Source: Gnetum montanum (taxonomy: Eukaryota > Plantae > Gnetophyta). From it: a stretch of DNA of 64,000 nucleotides. The notes below the pieces were generated by a model. The model was not told the DNA's origin. It did not search any database and was given only the letters and a program-made list of their open reading frames with translations. Every line of letters begins with the position of its first letter. Position 1 is the stretch's first letter. The stretch is taken from the NCBI GenBank assembly GCA_015680685.1, contig MNCI01000381.1, forward strand, positions 152,676-216,675, in the 5' to 3' direction. The translations under genes and the position numbers were made by a program. Shown here one piece after another: positions 26,401-37,799 of the stretch.

Positions 26401-29400
26401 GTCTGGAGAGGATATCCAAACCGTTTGGATCCTAGAGAGTTTCTGAAATAGGTGCTGTCCACTTTGAAGCAACGAATCAGGGGCCCGACAAAAAGGTGAC
26501 AAATATGCATTTAAGGAATACATAGAAGAGTTGTTAGTAAAGTTGCGAGGTATTCATGAGCTCCAAGAACAAGGATAGTTTCTGGAACAGGAGCATGAGG
26601 TCCTTCTGGAGTTGCAGTAGCTGTTGACGGAAGAGGAACAATATTGGAAGGAACACAGTCATATGAAATGGTTACAAGACAGGGATTGTAATACAAGAGT
26701 TTTCTTTGCGGCTGCTAAGGTGAATGCTACAACTAAAAAGAACCATAGCCTTAAGCAAGGGGATTGGATGGTTACTGATGATCATGCTGTGGCTGCCATC
26801 CTATAGGATTATTGGGCTAAAGTCTAGGCAAGGGGAGATGTATCCCCTATCTCTGTCCACATTAACAAGGTGGTGTAGGCTTCGAAAAATAGGAGTTTGA
26901 CGGCCCCTATCACAAAACAGGAAACCTCACAGGCCTTCCGATCTATGCACAGGAGGAGGAGAAGGAGGAGTAGTTGAGGCCTTGAGGGCTAGGGTGGCAT
27001 TGGAGGAGGAGTAGTTTCTGACTCAGCAGCTGCATGCTCATTCTATAAGTATATGTTGGTGGTTCCATTCTGGGTACTGCCCATATGAGGTGATGGAGAT
27101 TGGTTGTCAAGTCTCCTGGTCTGATCTCAGAAGGCATATTTGGAGGGTCTCAGCAAGTTTCCACCCAAATAAAGCAGTAGATCAGAGGAAACAAGAATAA
27201 AAGTTTAAAGATTTCTAGGAAGCGGTTGGCTTCATTGTTATAGAAAAGTTTAGGGACGTCCTCAACTCCTTGCACAGTAGGTTATGGGCTAGCTGCCCCT
27301 GCTACACATGTTCAGCCACATGACTGGTTTTATCAAAGTGGATCATGGGTGCCCTGTTAGGGCTATGGGTTTTTTATGTTTTGGGTTTGTATGTACCAGC
27401 CAGCAGGGCCCAGGGAGGGGTTAATTTTTGTGGGGAGGACGGCTGGAAAGTTACTGTTGAAGTTTGGTTTTTTTCTACTTTGCAGTGTGCTATTTTTGTG
27501 GGTTTTTTCCTCCTTCATCTTTTGGGGGGCAGGGATTCCCCCCGTGGCGGTGGGGTTAGTCCCCTTTTGTGGGATTAATTCCCAGTTTTTGTTTGCCTTC
27601 ATGGCTTTTTCCTTTTTTTATTAATGCAATTGCCTGACCGTTTCGCCAAAAAAAGGCTTATTGACTTTTTCATAGCCGCAATCAATGAAATTCTAAGCTT
27701 AAATTAATCATTGATAGGTGGTTGGTCTTTTTCTAAAATAGTCAGGTATTCTGCTGTGGATTTCAATGTAGCACGTAATATGCTGTTACAGCTGCCACTG
27801 CTCATCTTGACTTGGAACCATGGTGTCTCCAGAGAGAATTGGGTGTTGACTCTTCTATCGTTTCCAGAAACATCTTATCAGTAACTCCTTCATTTCTCTC
27901 AATCTTCCCATTATTACTTTTAGGAACATTTTCATATTGTTTGTAGGTTTGGACCCCTTGTTCTTAGGTTTTTCATATCTGGCCTTCATGATGGGTTCTG
28001 CTCCAACAATATTCTCAATCACAAAAGTCTTCTGATGTTAGGAAAGATATGCCAGGTATCCATTATTTGGTTCCCCATAAATGATTAAATACAAAATAAT
28101 ACATAAGCAAGAGGTTCCAAAAGCCCTCAATAATGTGTCATCAACTTGAATTGACTGTTTTGCATACTGACCATAGACTTTGGATGTGGTTCAATAACGC
28201 CACCTCATTTCTTTTACAATCTTAGGAAGTTGTATAGTCATTATAAGACAAAAACATAGAAGGATCTCTATGCTTTTAAATATGAGCGTTAAATACTATC
28301 TCTCATCATCATTGTCATCATCATCTTGACTTTTCCCAAGAAAATGGTGTTGGCTCTATGAGTTCTCTTTTTCCATTCACCTCTATGAAGAGCTAGATCC
28401 TTGTCTAGTTGAAATTTTTTCAGATTATCTTTAATCATTTTTTCCCATGCTTTTTTAGGTCTTCCTTTTGGTGGCTTTCCTGGAACAATGATGTATTATT
28501 CAACATCCATTTGAGCATTCACATTTCTGACACATTGATTTGTTATTCATGCCTCTTTTGTACAACCCAATGTTCAGTACCATATAATATAGCAGGCTTG
28601 ATTACTGTCTTATAAAATTTTTCCTTTAGTTTTATTGGAATTCTTTTATTGCATAAAATACCACTAGCATGTCTCTATTTGCCTTTTTGCCTCAATCTTA
28701 ATTTTTAGATCTTTATCAATTTCACCATATGATTGGAGCGTTGATCCTAAGTAGTGGAACTGTTTCTAGTAAGGGACATTTTGGCCTTGAATTGTTACTT
28801 TTATTTCACCACAGTTTATGCTTTTATTGAAAATACATTCTATATATTCTGTCTTACTTCGATTAATTTTTTGGCCTTTTGATTATAGAAATATCTCTAC
28901 TTTTCCATTTAAGAAGCAATATTTTCTCAAGTTGTATACACCAACACAATATTATCTGCAAATAGCACACCATTTTAAGTAGTTCATACTTAGATACCAT
29001 CAAAGAAAATTTGCAAATAACATACCCCAAGGGATTTCGTTTTTGTATTTCCTTTGTTAATTCATTCATAATAATAGCAAATAAGTATGGGCTAAGTGTA
29101 GACCCTTGATGTAGACCTACTGTGACTGGAAAATCAGATGTGATTCTTAAGCTGTTTTAATTTTAGTATTAGCTCCTTCATACATGTCTTGAATCAATTT
29201 AATATATTTATCAGGGATGTTTTTCTTTTGTAAGGCCTACCAAATAATATATCTAGGCACTCTATCATATGCTTTTTCCAAGTCAATGAAGACCATGTGT
29301 AGATTTTCTTTAAGTTTTCTGAATTTGTCTATTAATTATCATATCAAGAAACAAGCCTTTATAGTAGATCCCCCAGGAATAAATCTTGATTTGTTGCCAC

Positions 29401-32400
29401 TGTTTGTTCAAGTATGAGATGCTGCTCTATTGCTCTCTCCCAAAGCTTCATAGTATGACTCATTAGCTTGATTCTTCTGTAGTTTGTACAATTTTGCATA
29501 CATATATATCCTTTGTTCTTGCAGATGGGAACAACAATGTTTGTTTTCTCAGTTTTTAAGTATTTCTCTTGAACGCATTTGACATGATCCATGTTAAATA
29601 CTCTGTATATTGTCAAAATTTTCTAAATTGTTTGATGAGGTCAATACCAAACACTGCATGACTCAAATATCAGAAACAGTGAATACACAATAGGTTTTCT
29701 GAGAACAAACTTGAATTAAAAATCTAAATGAATGTTCCAATTCCAATGGAACATCCTATTTTTATGTTACAGTTTTTGCTAGATGATTAATAAATGATGA
29801 AAAAAGGGTTATAGATCATGATTGGGGCCTGGTTAATTTGTATGGGCCATTCCCAATGAGTGCCATAGCCGTAAAATGATAGTCTTGTTTTTTCTTTTCG
29901 TTAGGGCCTTTATGATTACCGATGATTACAATGTTTGATACTGAAATATTATTCATGATATGATTTGCAATAATTTAGTAAAAATGATTCCATCGTAAAT
30001 TTTTCTTTTATAATTTAATAAAAATGGTGCCATCAACATGGCTGCATTGTGGGTGAACCTTGGGTTGATGCTTTGTGCATTTGGATTATAACCACCAGGT
30101 TGGAGATGAAGTCCACACATCCAACCTAGGTGTATGATAAACATACATCGTTTAATCACTACCCTACCATAATGGGTCATTCTAATTCAATAGAGTAAAT
30201 GCACCCTGAGAAGTATAACCACAGCTTACATATATGTATATGGTTTATTGACTTCCATTTTTTTGCAATGGTTTTAGGTAACAGAGCAGCCTACAATACT
30301 TGTAGGAGGAGAACTTCGACCCTATCAGCTAGAGGGCTTACAGTGGATGCTATCTCTTTTCAACAATAATTTGAATGGGATTTTGGCAGATGAAATGGGG
30401 CTAGGAAAAACAATTCAGACAATTTCCTTGATTGCATATTTAATGGAAAAGAAAGGCGTGAGTGGTCCACACTTGATCATTGCACCTAAAGCAGTTCTGC
30501 CAAACTGGGATCATGAATTCAGGACTTGGGCTCCAAGGTATGATACACAATAATTATCCAAGTAGAATTCTTTTTCCTTTAAGAAAAAAACTAACATTCC
30601 AAAAATCATTTTATTTTCCTAGTGGCATTATGAATTTTTGAAATTCTTGATCCTATTCCCAAATGTCATATAGAACAATCCGTTGCAAGTTGCAACAATC
30701 AGTTTATGATATGGTTGGTGTTCTATTGTTATTTTTAGTACTCCATTATCTCTGTTAAAATTGGTTCATTGTTTCAAATTTACCTGAATTGTTCTGTTAG
30801 GTTTTAATTTTTGAGGCATAAATTGTTAAGCAATAAACAATGTTTATGCTAAGAGATAATGCAGTCCAATAGTCCTGCATAAATCACTCTAACTCTACTT
30901 CATCATTTTATTTTATTTTTCCTTCCAAGTGCAAATCTTGACTGTGGCCTTGTTCGAAATTCAGTTCAAACATCCTGAAGTTGCTCTCTCCTGAAAATAG
31001 TGTGCAACTCTTATGGTTGGAAACCTAGGAGGAGTTGAACAACAGATGGACTAGAAGAAACAAGGTACTAAGAATTGAGGAAATCATTATTAATAGAAAT
31101 GCAGAGCAGAAGTAGAGAATAATAGCATAGGAAACACAAACCAAACATAACTAGAAGTTAAACATGCATGAAATAAGAGTACAATACAAATCTTTTTTGC
31201 TACTCTTGAAAACAGACACGCAACTTTCTTTGGCTTTGATTTAAATATCATAACTGACCTTTAAAACCAAAAGATAGCAAATAGCGGTATCCCTGAACTG
31301 TGCACATAGTGATAATTGAAAACCCCTCTGTTATGTGCTAGCATAAAAGCTGTTTTTCCCTCCATAGAATCTCCTGTGTTGTTAATGTTTTCCTACTTCA
31401 CAGTCCTTTCCCAAATCCAAACCAACAGATGTAGATAACAGATAGATACATTGTATAGAAATAGGATAATTGAACCATAAGGATGAAGGATAATTTGATG
31501 CAAAAGAATAGCACAGAGGCTTTGTTGGCTGTAAAATCCTTGGCACACTGAATCTAGGTTGGGTGAATTTCAAAAAAAGAGCCTTTCTTTTATTGATCAT
31601 TGCCTTTGCAATAACATTTTGATGTCTTTGGAAAGCAGTATTGATTCTGATGTTCTTTGGTTGCAATTGAAGATCGTATTTGAGAATGTCTTTATGTTTG
31701 ACTGATCATATTTGAGAATGTCTTTAGGTTTGAATTATTTTCATATTTATAAGAATGTTTTCAAGGTGCGTATGAAGGAAGGGGTTTTGATAGATTATGC
31801 TCTTTTTGTTCATTTACTTTGACAGAAACATGCCCTGCAAACTAGCAATATCTTCTCATCCCGCACATCAGCATAATATCCATTATTTGCAAATCGACAA
31901 TACATCATTTTCTAGAACCCTCTGTTTTTGTCTTGCAAATCAATTAAAGAACCCTCTTCCCTGCGCATTCAATAACCAGCAGAAATCAACAACCATTACC
32001 AATGACCTGTGTAGAACTTCGTTTCATCATCAGCACCCAAGGAAATTTCATCTTGCTACTAGTGATGTTGCAAAAAACTTCGTGACATGCAGGAAAACTC
32101 TATTCTGTTACTAGCAAGCCATAGGAAAACTCCATCAAGTTGAATGAAAGAAAGGGGATATTACAGATCCACCTGCAAGCTCTGCATTGGACGCCAAAGT
32201 GCCGTCCCCAGACATGGAGTTGCAAACCTTTTGTTGAATATAAGTCTTGAAATCATTGCATCTTATGTTACTGCAAATTCAAGCTTGTCATCAGCCCTAG
32301 CAAACTATCGATCTACTGGCAAACAACAATAGGAGATGAAAGGGGGAAAATTCTGTGGAAATCCCTATTAAAAAGCACTAGCACCATTTTTTTTCATCAC

Positions 32401-35400
32401 ATCAAACAAATACAAGCAAAAATAGGGAATCATGTACCTGTAATTTTTCACAGCTAGCAGCAGCACACCAATCCATGAAATCCAGATTCATTACAGTTTT
32501 ATCTAGTAGCCATCGCCTTTCATGTGATGACCTGTAACCAGCAATTACTTGCTACATAATTGTTGGCTACAATTTTGCCCCTCCTTAACTGATTTTTCTT
32601 GAATGATTTCTCTCTCTTGTCTGCGATTATTCTGCACTCCTATTGATCTAGATCTATTCAAGCCATGCTAATGAGGTTTTAAGATCCTGAACAAATTAAT
32701 GTGTGAATGCCATTAGGATCGAACCTTTGGTTTCTAAACCATATAGTAGTGGGAAATTTGGTAAGAACTAGCACATTTAGTACTTATTTATGAATACAGG
32801 AAATCACTCAACATTAAGATGGCGTTGGTGTGCAAAATCAGTGTAAGATTGAGGATTAGTAGACGTAAAATGTAATATACATAGAATGTAAGGGATGCCA
32901 TAAATATCAAAAAGATATTGGTTGCAATTGTAGAATAAGAGCAGAGACTAGTTTCTTTTATACATAATTACATAAAGGTTTATAGAAATAGAGATGAATG
33001 TTATTAAGAAAATCTAATTCAACAATTGATGATATCTGTTAATCTTTAGCTAGTAGATCAGATGGAAGTAATGTTGTATAACTACCGGAATTGTGGCTTT
33101 CTACCAGTTGGTGATTTCCTCAGCCCACCAATGAGGGTTCTTGTGTTACAATTCTAAAGTTCAGAATCTACAATTGTATGATTATAATAGAGTTGAAATC
33201 TCAGCAGGTTGCCACCAAAATCTATATACGTAATAATTAGATTACGCAGTTATTTATATTGCAATTTCCAACATCTGTTAGAATTTCAAGACATTATATT
33301 ATGTCGTATATCCAAAACGGAAGATATGCAAAGAATTCTGTTCAAGCGTCTTTATGATTCAAAAGGAAGAATAGGTATTTCTTAATTCTATGAAACTGAA
33401 AATATTTTCATGCTGAAAGGATATTTTGTAATCGCAACGACAAATCACCCCTAATATGCGATTTAAAAAAGCATTAATTATGGTGTTTCTATTTGTGCTT
33501 TCCCCCCCCTCCCTTTTAGTTCATTTATGACCGAATTAATTAATTTCTTGTTTAATGATGGCTGTCCAGCATAAAAACACTTTTTTATGATGGTAATCTT
33601 GAGTCACGGAAGGCTATGAGTGACCAGGTGAAAGAAGCAACATACAATGTTCTTCTCACTCATTATGATTACATAATGAGAGATAAATCCGTCTTGAGAA
33701 AAGTCCGTTGGCACTACTTGATTATTGATGAAGGGCATCGCTTGAAGAACAATGAAAGTGTCCTAGGGAAGATTTTGAATTCATGGTATGTTAATGTTAT
33801 TCATAATATATGACACTTGTTTAATTAGTATGCTATATTTTACTGATACGTACATTCTAAAGGCATTCTTTGATGGTCATTTTTATTCTTTTGTTTTGAA
33901 AAGATATATGCTTGCTAAAAATGTCTTGCTTATTCTGCTGGCATGGTCAACTCTTCATGCCCAACAGTGTATTAGGCAATTAATTATCAATTGTGATTAC
34001 ACCTGCAACATTTACCAGACATGTTTTAAATATAACTAGAGATTTCAATGCTGAGAACATTCAACCATGATTAACTCCTAGTTAATTTAACAGAAAGTTA
34101 TCTTTTTACGATTGTTTTTGATATATGTAAGGTTGTGTGTCCAAAAAGTTGTCCATACGAAGTACCTCTACTTGTTAAGAGGTTTTCCCGAGTTCATTGC
34201 TCTACTTTATCCCTGTTCTTATTAGAAACAAATGATTTGCTAAATTTTGTAATCAGGAATTATCATTTGTAGTGAAGTAAAGGATTTCTTTTAGTTCTCT
34301 CTGTACTTCTGTTATCGCTTTCTGTTAATGGAGATGACTACTAATGACTTTACAGAATTCTTTCCAGAGTCACTTATTCTCACAAATTATTTTACCCAGC
34401 CAGCTTCAATAAAGTATTTTATGTTTTTAAATCAAGCTTATCATGTTGTATCTGTGTCATAGTTACCACTTTCGGCGAAGACTTTTACTTACTGGGACTC
34501 CGATTCAGAACACTATAGCTGAACTGTGGGCCTTACTGCACTTTTTGCTTCCAACTATATTTAATTCATATGAAAATTTTGAGGAGTGGTTCAATGCCCC
34601 ATTTGCTGAACGTTGTGATATGGCTATCACAGACGAAGAGCAACTTCTTATCATACGTCGTTTGCATCAGGTATATACACAGTCAAGAATTACAAGTTGT
34701 TATATCAGTCATATCGTCGTATCACAAGTATTGTTTTTGGTTCTTGCAGGTTATTAGGCCTTTTCTTTTGAGGAGGAAGAAAGATGAAGTAGAAAAGTTT
34801 TTGCCTGGGAAGACCCAGGTTATTTTGAAATGTGATCTATCAGCCTGGCAGAAAGTCTACTATCAACAAATTACAGACGTTGGAAGGGTTGGGTTAGAGT
34901 CTGGTCAGTGATCTAGTATTTCACGTAATGTAGCACATTCGAACAATATTGAGAAGTTCTTATTCTGCGTCACCCTCACTGGTTGCTCGTCATTAATAAC
35001 ATTTAGAAGTTCGTTTCCGTAGGTGGTGTTAAAAAAGGTGCACAAGAAAATGAGGTTATTACCAACGCATATCAAGCTTCCTTAAGGACTTGAGGACACC
35101 GTTGTAAGTTCAGATAATATTAACATATTCTTCATATTTCAAGGTTACCTACAAGGTTACCTAAGATAATAATAATATAGATACACCTCAAAATCTATAG
35201 TCCAGTTAGAACTTTATAACTCAGCATTGTCTATAAGGTTACCTAAGATAATTATAATATAGGTACACCTCAAAATCTATAGTCCAGTTAGAACTTTATA
35301 ACTCAGCATTGCCTACTAGGATCAAACTCATGACTTAGAGCTTTTGAATCAAGAGTCTTACCACTAGCTTGGATAATTTCCCCTAGGAACCCAATAACTG

Positions 35401-37799
35401 CCAAGGTCTGATGTCTATAATGTATAACAACTCATCACCATCATAGGTTTATTCTATCGAGTGTTTGCTTCATGGGTTTTCGGTCTTTCATTATAGCTTG
35501 TTTAGGAATTGTTAAATTATCGGGGCACAGCATGGAAGCGTGAAACTTTATGGTTGTTGAAATTATTTTTAAGACAACTAATATTTAAATGCACTGTTAA
35601 TGCAGGTTCAGGCAAAACGAAGTCTCTATTGAATTTGACTATGCAGCTTAGAAAATGTTGTAATCATCCATATTTGTTTCTTGATGATTACAACATGTAC
35701 AGAAAGGAGGAAATAGTTCGGGCATCAGGGAAATTTGAGTTACTGGATCGCTTGCTACCAAAGTTGCATAGATCAGGGCATAGAGTTCTCCTGTTTTCTC
35801 AAATGACTAGAGTTATGGATATTTTGGAAATCTATCTCTCTCTTCATAGATTTATGTACCTACGGCTTGATGGAACAACGAAAACAGAAGATCGTGGTTC
35901 TTTACTCCAAAAGTTCAATGACCCTGAATCCCCGTATTTCATGTTTCTTCTCAGTACAAGGGCCGGTGGTCTTGGTCTTAATCTTCAGACAGCAGATACT
36001 GTGATACTGTTTGACAGTGACTGGAATCCTCAAATGGACCAGCAAGCAGAAGATCGTGCTCACAGGATCGGGCAGAAGAAGGAGGTTCGGGTTTTTGTAC
36101 TGGTCAGCGTAGGGTCTATTGAGGAAGAGATTCTGGATCGTGCTAAACAGAAAATGGGCATCGATGCCAAGGTTATCCAAGCCGGCCTGTTCAACACTAC
36201 ATCCACAGGTGCACAATCTAACTATACTCTAGATATTTGCATCGATTGAGATTAACTCAATGGCAAACTATTTGTAGAACAAACCCTTAAAGAGGCGGTC
36301 AATTGCAATACCGATAAACTTAGGGCGCTAACCATAACCTTAAAAGACACTGTACCTATAAGGCACACAAAGTTAGGGCCTTATGTCATTCAAGACGTAT
36401 ACGTATTGATTTTTCTTTAGAAATAAGCTGGACAACCACATAATGGCTGATTGAACAAAATCTTTGTTTTTTCCTTTTGTAAAAATTTGTGTTTTTTTCT
36501 TTTGTACCTTGGCATCATCCTGAGTATCAACCTTGTTCCAATAATCTGGGAACATGAGTTCTGTTTGACTGGTGGTCTCTATTAATGTTCACTATTTCTG
36601 TGAGTGTCTGCTTCTGTCTTCCTTCAACTGTCGTGCAAGCTCCTTGAGAAGTTTATTATTTTATTTTTTAAACATGGATAAACCATTCAAGAAGCCTAGA
36701 TGCCATTGTTTAAGTTATCTGTGATGCAGTTCGGAGGCTTCATCTACTATTTGTACCGGGAAACTTGTCTTAGCACTCGAGAAAGAAAGCAAACCTAGGT
36801 TAGGATAAAAATTGGTCTCGGCTTTCGGAAGGCATCATGAGTCAACACTATTTTCCTTTTAGTTTTCTTTCATCATTTTAAGAAAATTAAGCTGTTGCCA
36901 CTGACGCAATTCTTGCTTGTTTGATGTGGGTGGCTTCATTTTACACAGCTCAAGACCGGCGGGAGATGTTGGAGGAGATCATGCGCAGGGGAACCAATTC
37001 TCTGGGCACGGACGTTCCCAGTGAGAGAGAAATCAACCGCCTGGCGGCGCGCAGCGACGAGGAATTCTGGCTCTTCGAGAAAATGGACGAGGAGCGGCGT
37101 CAGCAGGAGGGCTACCGCTCCCGTCTCATGGACGAACACGAAGTCCCTGATTGGGCCTTTATCTCCACCACCAAATCCAACAACAACAACCCCAACAACA
37201 ACGCTGACGATCCCGCCGGAGCAGCAGCAGCAGTCTCTGGCAAACGACGCCGCAAGGAGGTTGTGTACACAGACATTCTGAGCGAGTCCCAGTGGATGAG
37301 AGCTGTCGAAGATGGCCTCGATGTTACCCAGATGGCCAAACAGCAGCTCCTCAAACGCAGCAGCAGCAATAAGAAACCCAGGACCACAAATGAAAATGAC
37401 AACATAATTGGCGACGATAATGACAATGACATGGGTAACAGCATGGATGATGATGCTCAAGATTCTCGGCATCAGTCTCCTTCTTCCGAGACTGCTGCTG
37501 CTGCTGCTGCTCCTTCGCCTTCTCCCTCTCCCTCGCCTTTGTTTGGTGCAGTCCCCAGAAAAATGAAATCATCCAGATCCAGCAGACCCACCCACAGCAC
37601 CCATATCCATCTCCATACCCAGAACGATGCCCAGCGACAACTACAACAGCAGCAGCAGGATGAGGTGGAGGCTGCCAAGGGCCTGGAATATGGTTCTGCG
37701 TTGTTGTATGAGCAGGGTGCATTCACCTGCAACTGGAAGGCATCATCAAAGAGGCGAAGGTCCAGCTTTGCTCATCCTCATTCTTCAGATAAGAGATAG
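2206..37799 (+). CDS. CHR12: SNF2-family chromatin remodelling ATPase, CHR12/CHR23 (MINUSCULE)-like; 14 exons, about 1191 aa
   Basis: Manual splicing gives 3576 nt with consistent phases and GT-AG introns: 2206-2448, 2867-2918, 4551-4615, 5670-5826, 13740-13804, 18268-18462, 18573-18722, 18866-19222, 30278-30537, 33570-33785, 34463-34670, 34750-34903, 35606-36208, 36949-37799. Motifs [43 protein letters not shown] and SnAC; no bromodomain, as in CHR12/23. Confidence 0.93.
2867..2918 (+). CDS. CHR12: CHR12-like exon 2
   Basis: ttccag acceptor, gtaagt donor; phase 0 to 1 fits neighbouring exons; poorly conserved sequence. Confidence 0.65.
4551..4615 (+). CDS. CHR12: CHR12-like exon 3
   Basis: ttgcag acceptor, GAG|GTTTG donor; restores phase 0. 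Confidence 0.65.
5670..5826 (+). CDS. CHR12: CHR12-like exon 4
   Basis: [44 protein letters not shown] matches the CHR12 N-terminal helical region. Confidence 0.85.
7433..11940 (-). pseudogene. LINE A ORF2 relic: APE, RT, zf-RVT, extension domain, coiled coil, degenerate J-domain
   Basis: ORF-track fragments 11366-11611, 10518-10748, 9948-10166, 8992-9279 and 8296-8499, plus manual translation [22 protein letters not shown]...LRPNK...[20 protein letters not shown] at 7691-7433. Confidence 0.8.
11937..13396 (-). pseudogene. LINE A ORF1 relic (DUF4283-type)
   Basis: WVAVHWG...LLLFTF...[12 protein letters not shown]; degenerate zinc knuckle [14 protein letters not shown]; TGA overlaps the ORF2 ATG. 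Confidence 0.8.
13300..13397. repeat. Perfect 44-bp tandem duplication at the 5' end of LINE A
   Basis: ctcctcccccctccgtgctccccaagctcctgcccatcgttctg at 13300-13343 and 13344-13387, plus a partial third unit. Confidence 0.9.
13740..13804 (+). CDS. CHR12: CHR12-like exon 5
   Basis: [22 protein letters not shown], cf. conserved ELPSxRGEDLQxKCLLELYGLK. Confidence 0.92.
15809..17636 (-). mobile_element. Short non-autonomous LTR retrotransposon (Copia-derived or TRIM-like) in intron 5
   Basis: Diverged direct repeats of about 510 bp at 15809-16320 and 17127-17636; PBS TGGTAACAGAGCGAG (tRNA-iMet-like) on - at 17123-17109; purine-rich AAGTGGAAGAC next to the other LTR; internal part about 800 bp. 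Confidence 0.8.
17745..17880 (+). mobile_element. RTE LINE 3'-end fragment
   Basis: gatctagctcttcatagagg...gacaaggctaggatgatgatgat matches 1358-1456 and the reverse complement of 28304-28430. Confidence 0.7.
18268..18462 (+). CDS. CHR12: CHR12-like exon 6
   Basis: [12 protein letters not shown]...LFDWGLMRL...[13 protein letters not shown]; canonical splice sites. Confidence 0.93.
18573..18722 (+). CDS. CHR12: CHR12-like exon 7
   Basis: [33 protein letters not shown]...[11 protein letters not shown] (HSA-like region). Confidence 0.93.
18866..19222 (+). CDS. CHR12: CHR12-like exon 8
   Basis: [41 protein letters not shown]...[14 protein letters not shown]. Confidence 0.95.
20719..25790 (-). 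mobile_element. L1-clade LINE copy B, 5'-truncated in ORF1, nested antisense in copy C
   Basis: ORF2 start [12 protein letters not shown] at 25268; RT ORF 23354-24052 ([25 protein letters not shown]); zf-RVT; extension domain 22194-21620; T-run near 20719-20725 is the poly(A). Confidence 0.88.
27078..27323 (+). pseudogene. Degenerate J-domain at the end of LINE C ORF2
   Basis: [79 protein letters not shown]; HPN at 27162-27170. Confidence 0.8.
28304..29545 (-). mobile_element. RTE-clade LINE fragment in intron 8
   Basis: VPICKNKG...[32 protein letters not shown] and [13 protein letters not shown] on -; (CAT)n at 28304-28325 is the (GAT)n tail. Confidence 0.88.
30278..30537 (+). CDS. CHR12: CHR12-like exon 9 (Q motif and Walker A)
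   Basis: [24 protein letters not shown]...[16 protein letters not shown]. Confidence 0.97.
33570..33785 (+). CDS. CHR12: CHR12-like exon 10 (Walker B, DEGH)
   Basis: [15 protein letters not shown]...[14 protein letters not shown]. Confidence 0.97.
34463..34670 (+). CDS. CHR12: CHR12-like exon 11
   Basis: [26 protein letters not shown]...LLIIRRLHQ. Confidence 0.97.
34750..34903 (+). CDS. CHR12: CHR12-like exon 12
   Basis: [38 protein letters not shown]. Confidence 0.97.
35153..35311. repeat. Near-perfect tandem duplication, period about 82 bp, in intron 12
   Basis: aaggttacctaagataat...ctcagcattg starts at 35153 and at 35235. Confidence 0.85.
35312..35385 (-). mobile_element. Possible tRNA-derived SINE head
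   Basis: The - strand reads AGCTAGTGGTAAG (A-box-like), then about 30 nt, then GAGTTTGATCC (B-box-like). Confidence 0.35.
35606..36208 (+). CDS. CHR12: CHR12-like exon 13 (helicase C-terminal domain)
   Basis: [53 protein letters not shown]. Confidence 0.98.
36949..37799 (+). CDS. CHR12: CHR12-like exon 14 (SnAC domain and low-complexity tail)
   Basis: [24 protein letters not shown]...[30 protein letters not shown]; TAG at 37797-37799. Confidence 0.95.

Larger units (their letters stand above)
19365..27654 (+). mobile_element. L1-clade LINE copy C, split by copy B and internally deleted, in intron 8
   Basis: ORF1 ([20 protein letters not shown]); ORF2 start [11 protein letters not shown] at 20653; APE resumes near 25796 (GKSGGL, IGDFN, FTWSNRR, SRIDR, ASDH); jumps near 26945 to the coiled coil and J-domain; A7 tail at 27648-27654. 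The 5' boundary is approximate. Confidence 0.85.

Noticed and set aside
30600-33500. Short ORFs and possible TE relics in intron 9
   Set aside because: No motifs, termini or TSDs that I could support.
36936-37732. Antisense ORFs over exon 14, and 35902-36216 over exon 13
   Set aside because: Shadows of GC-rich coding sequence with no recognisable domains.
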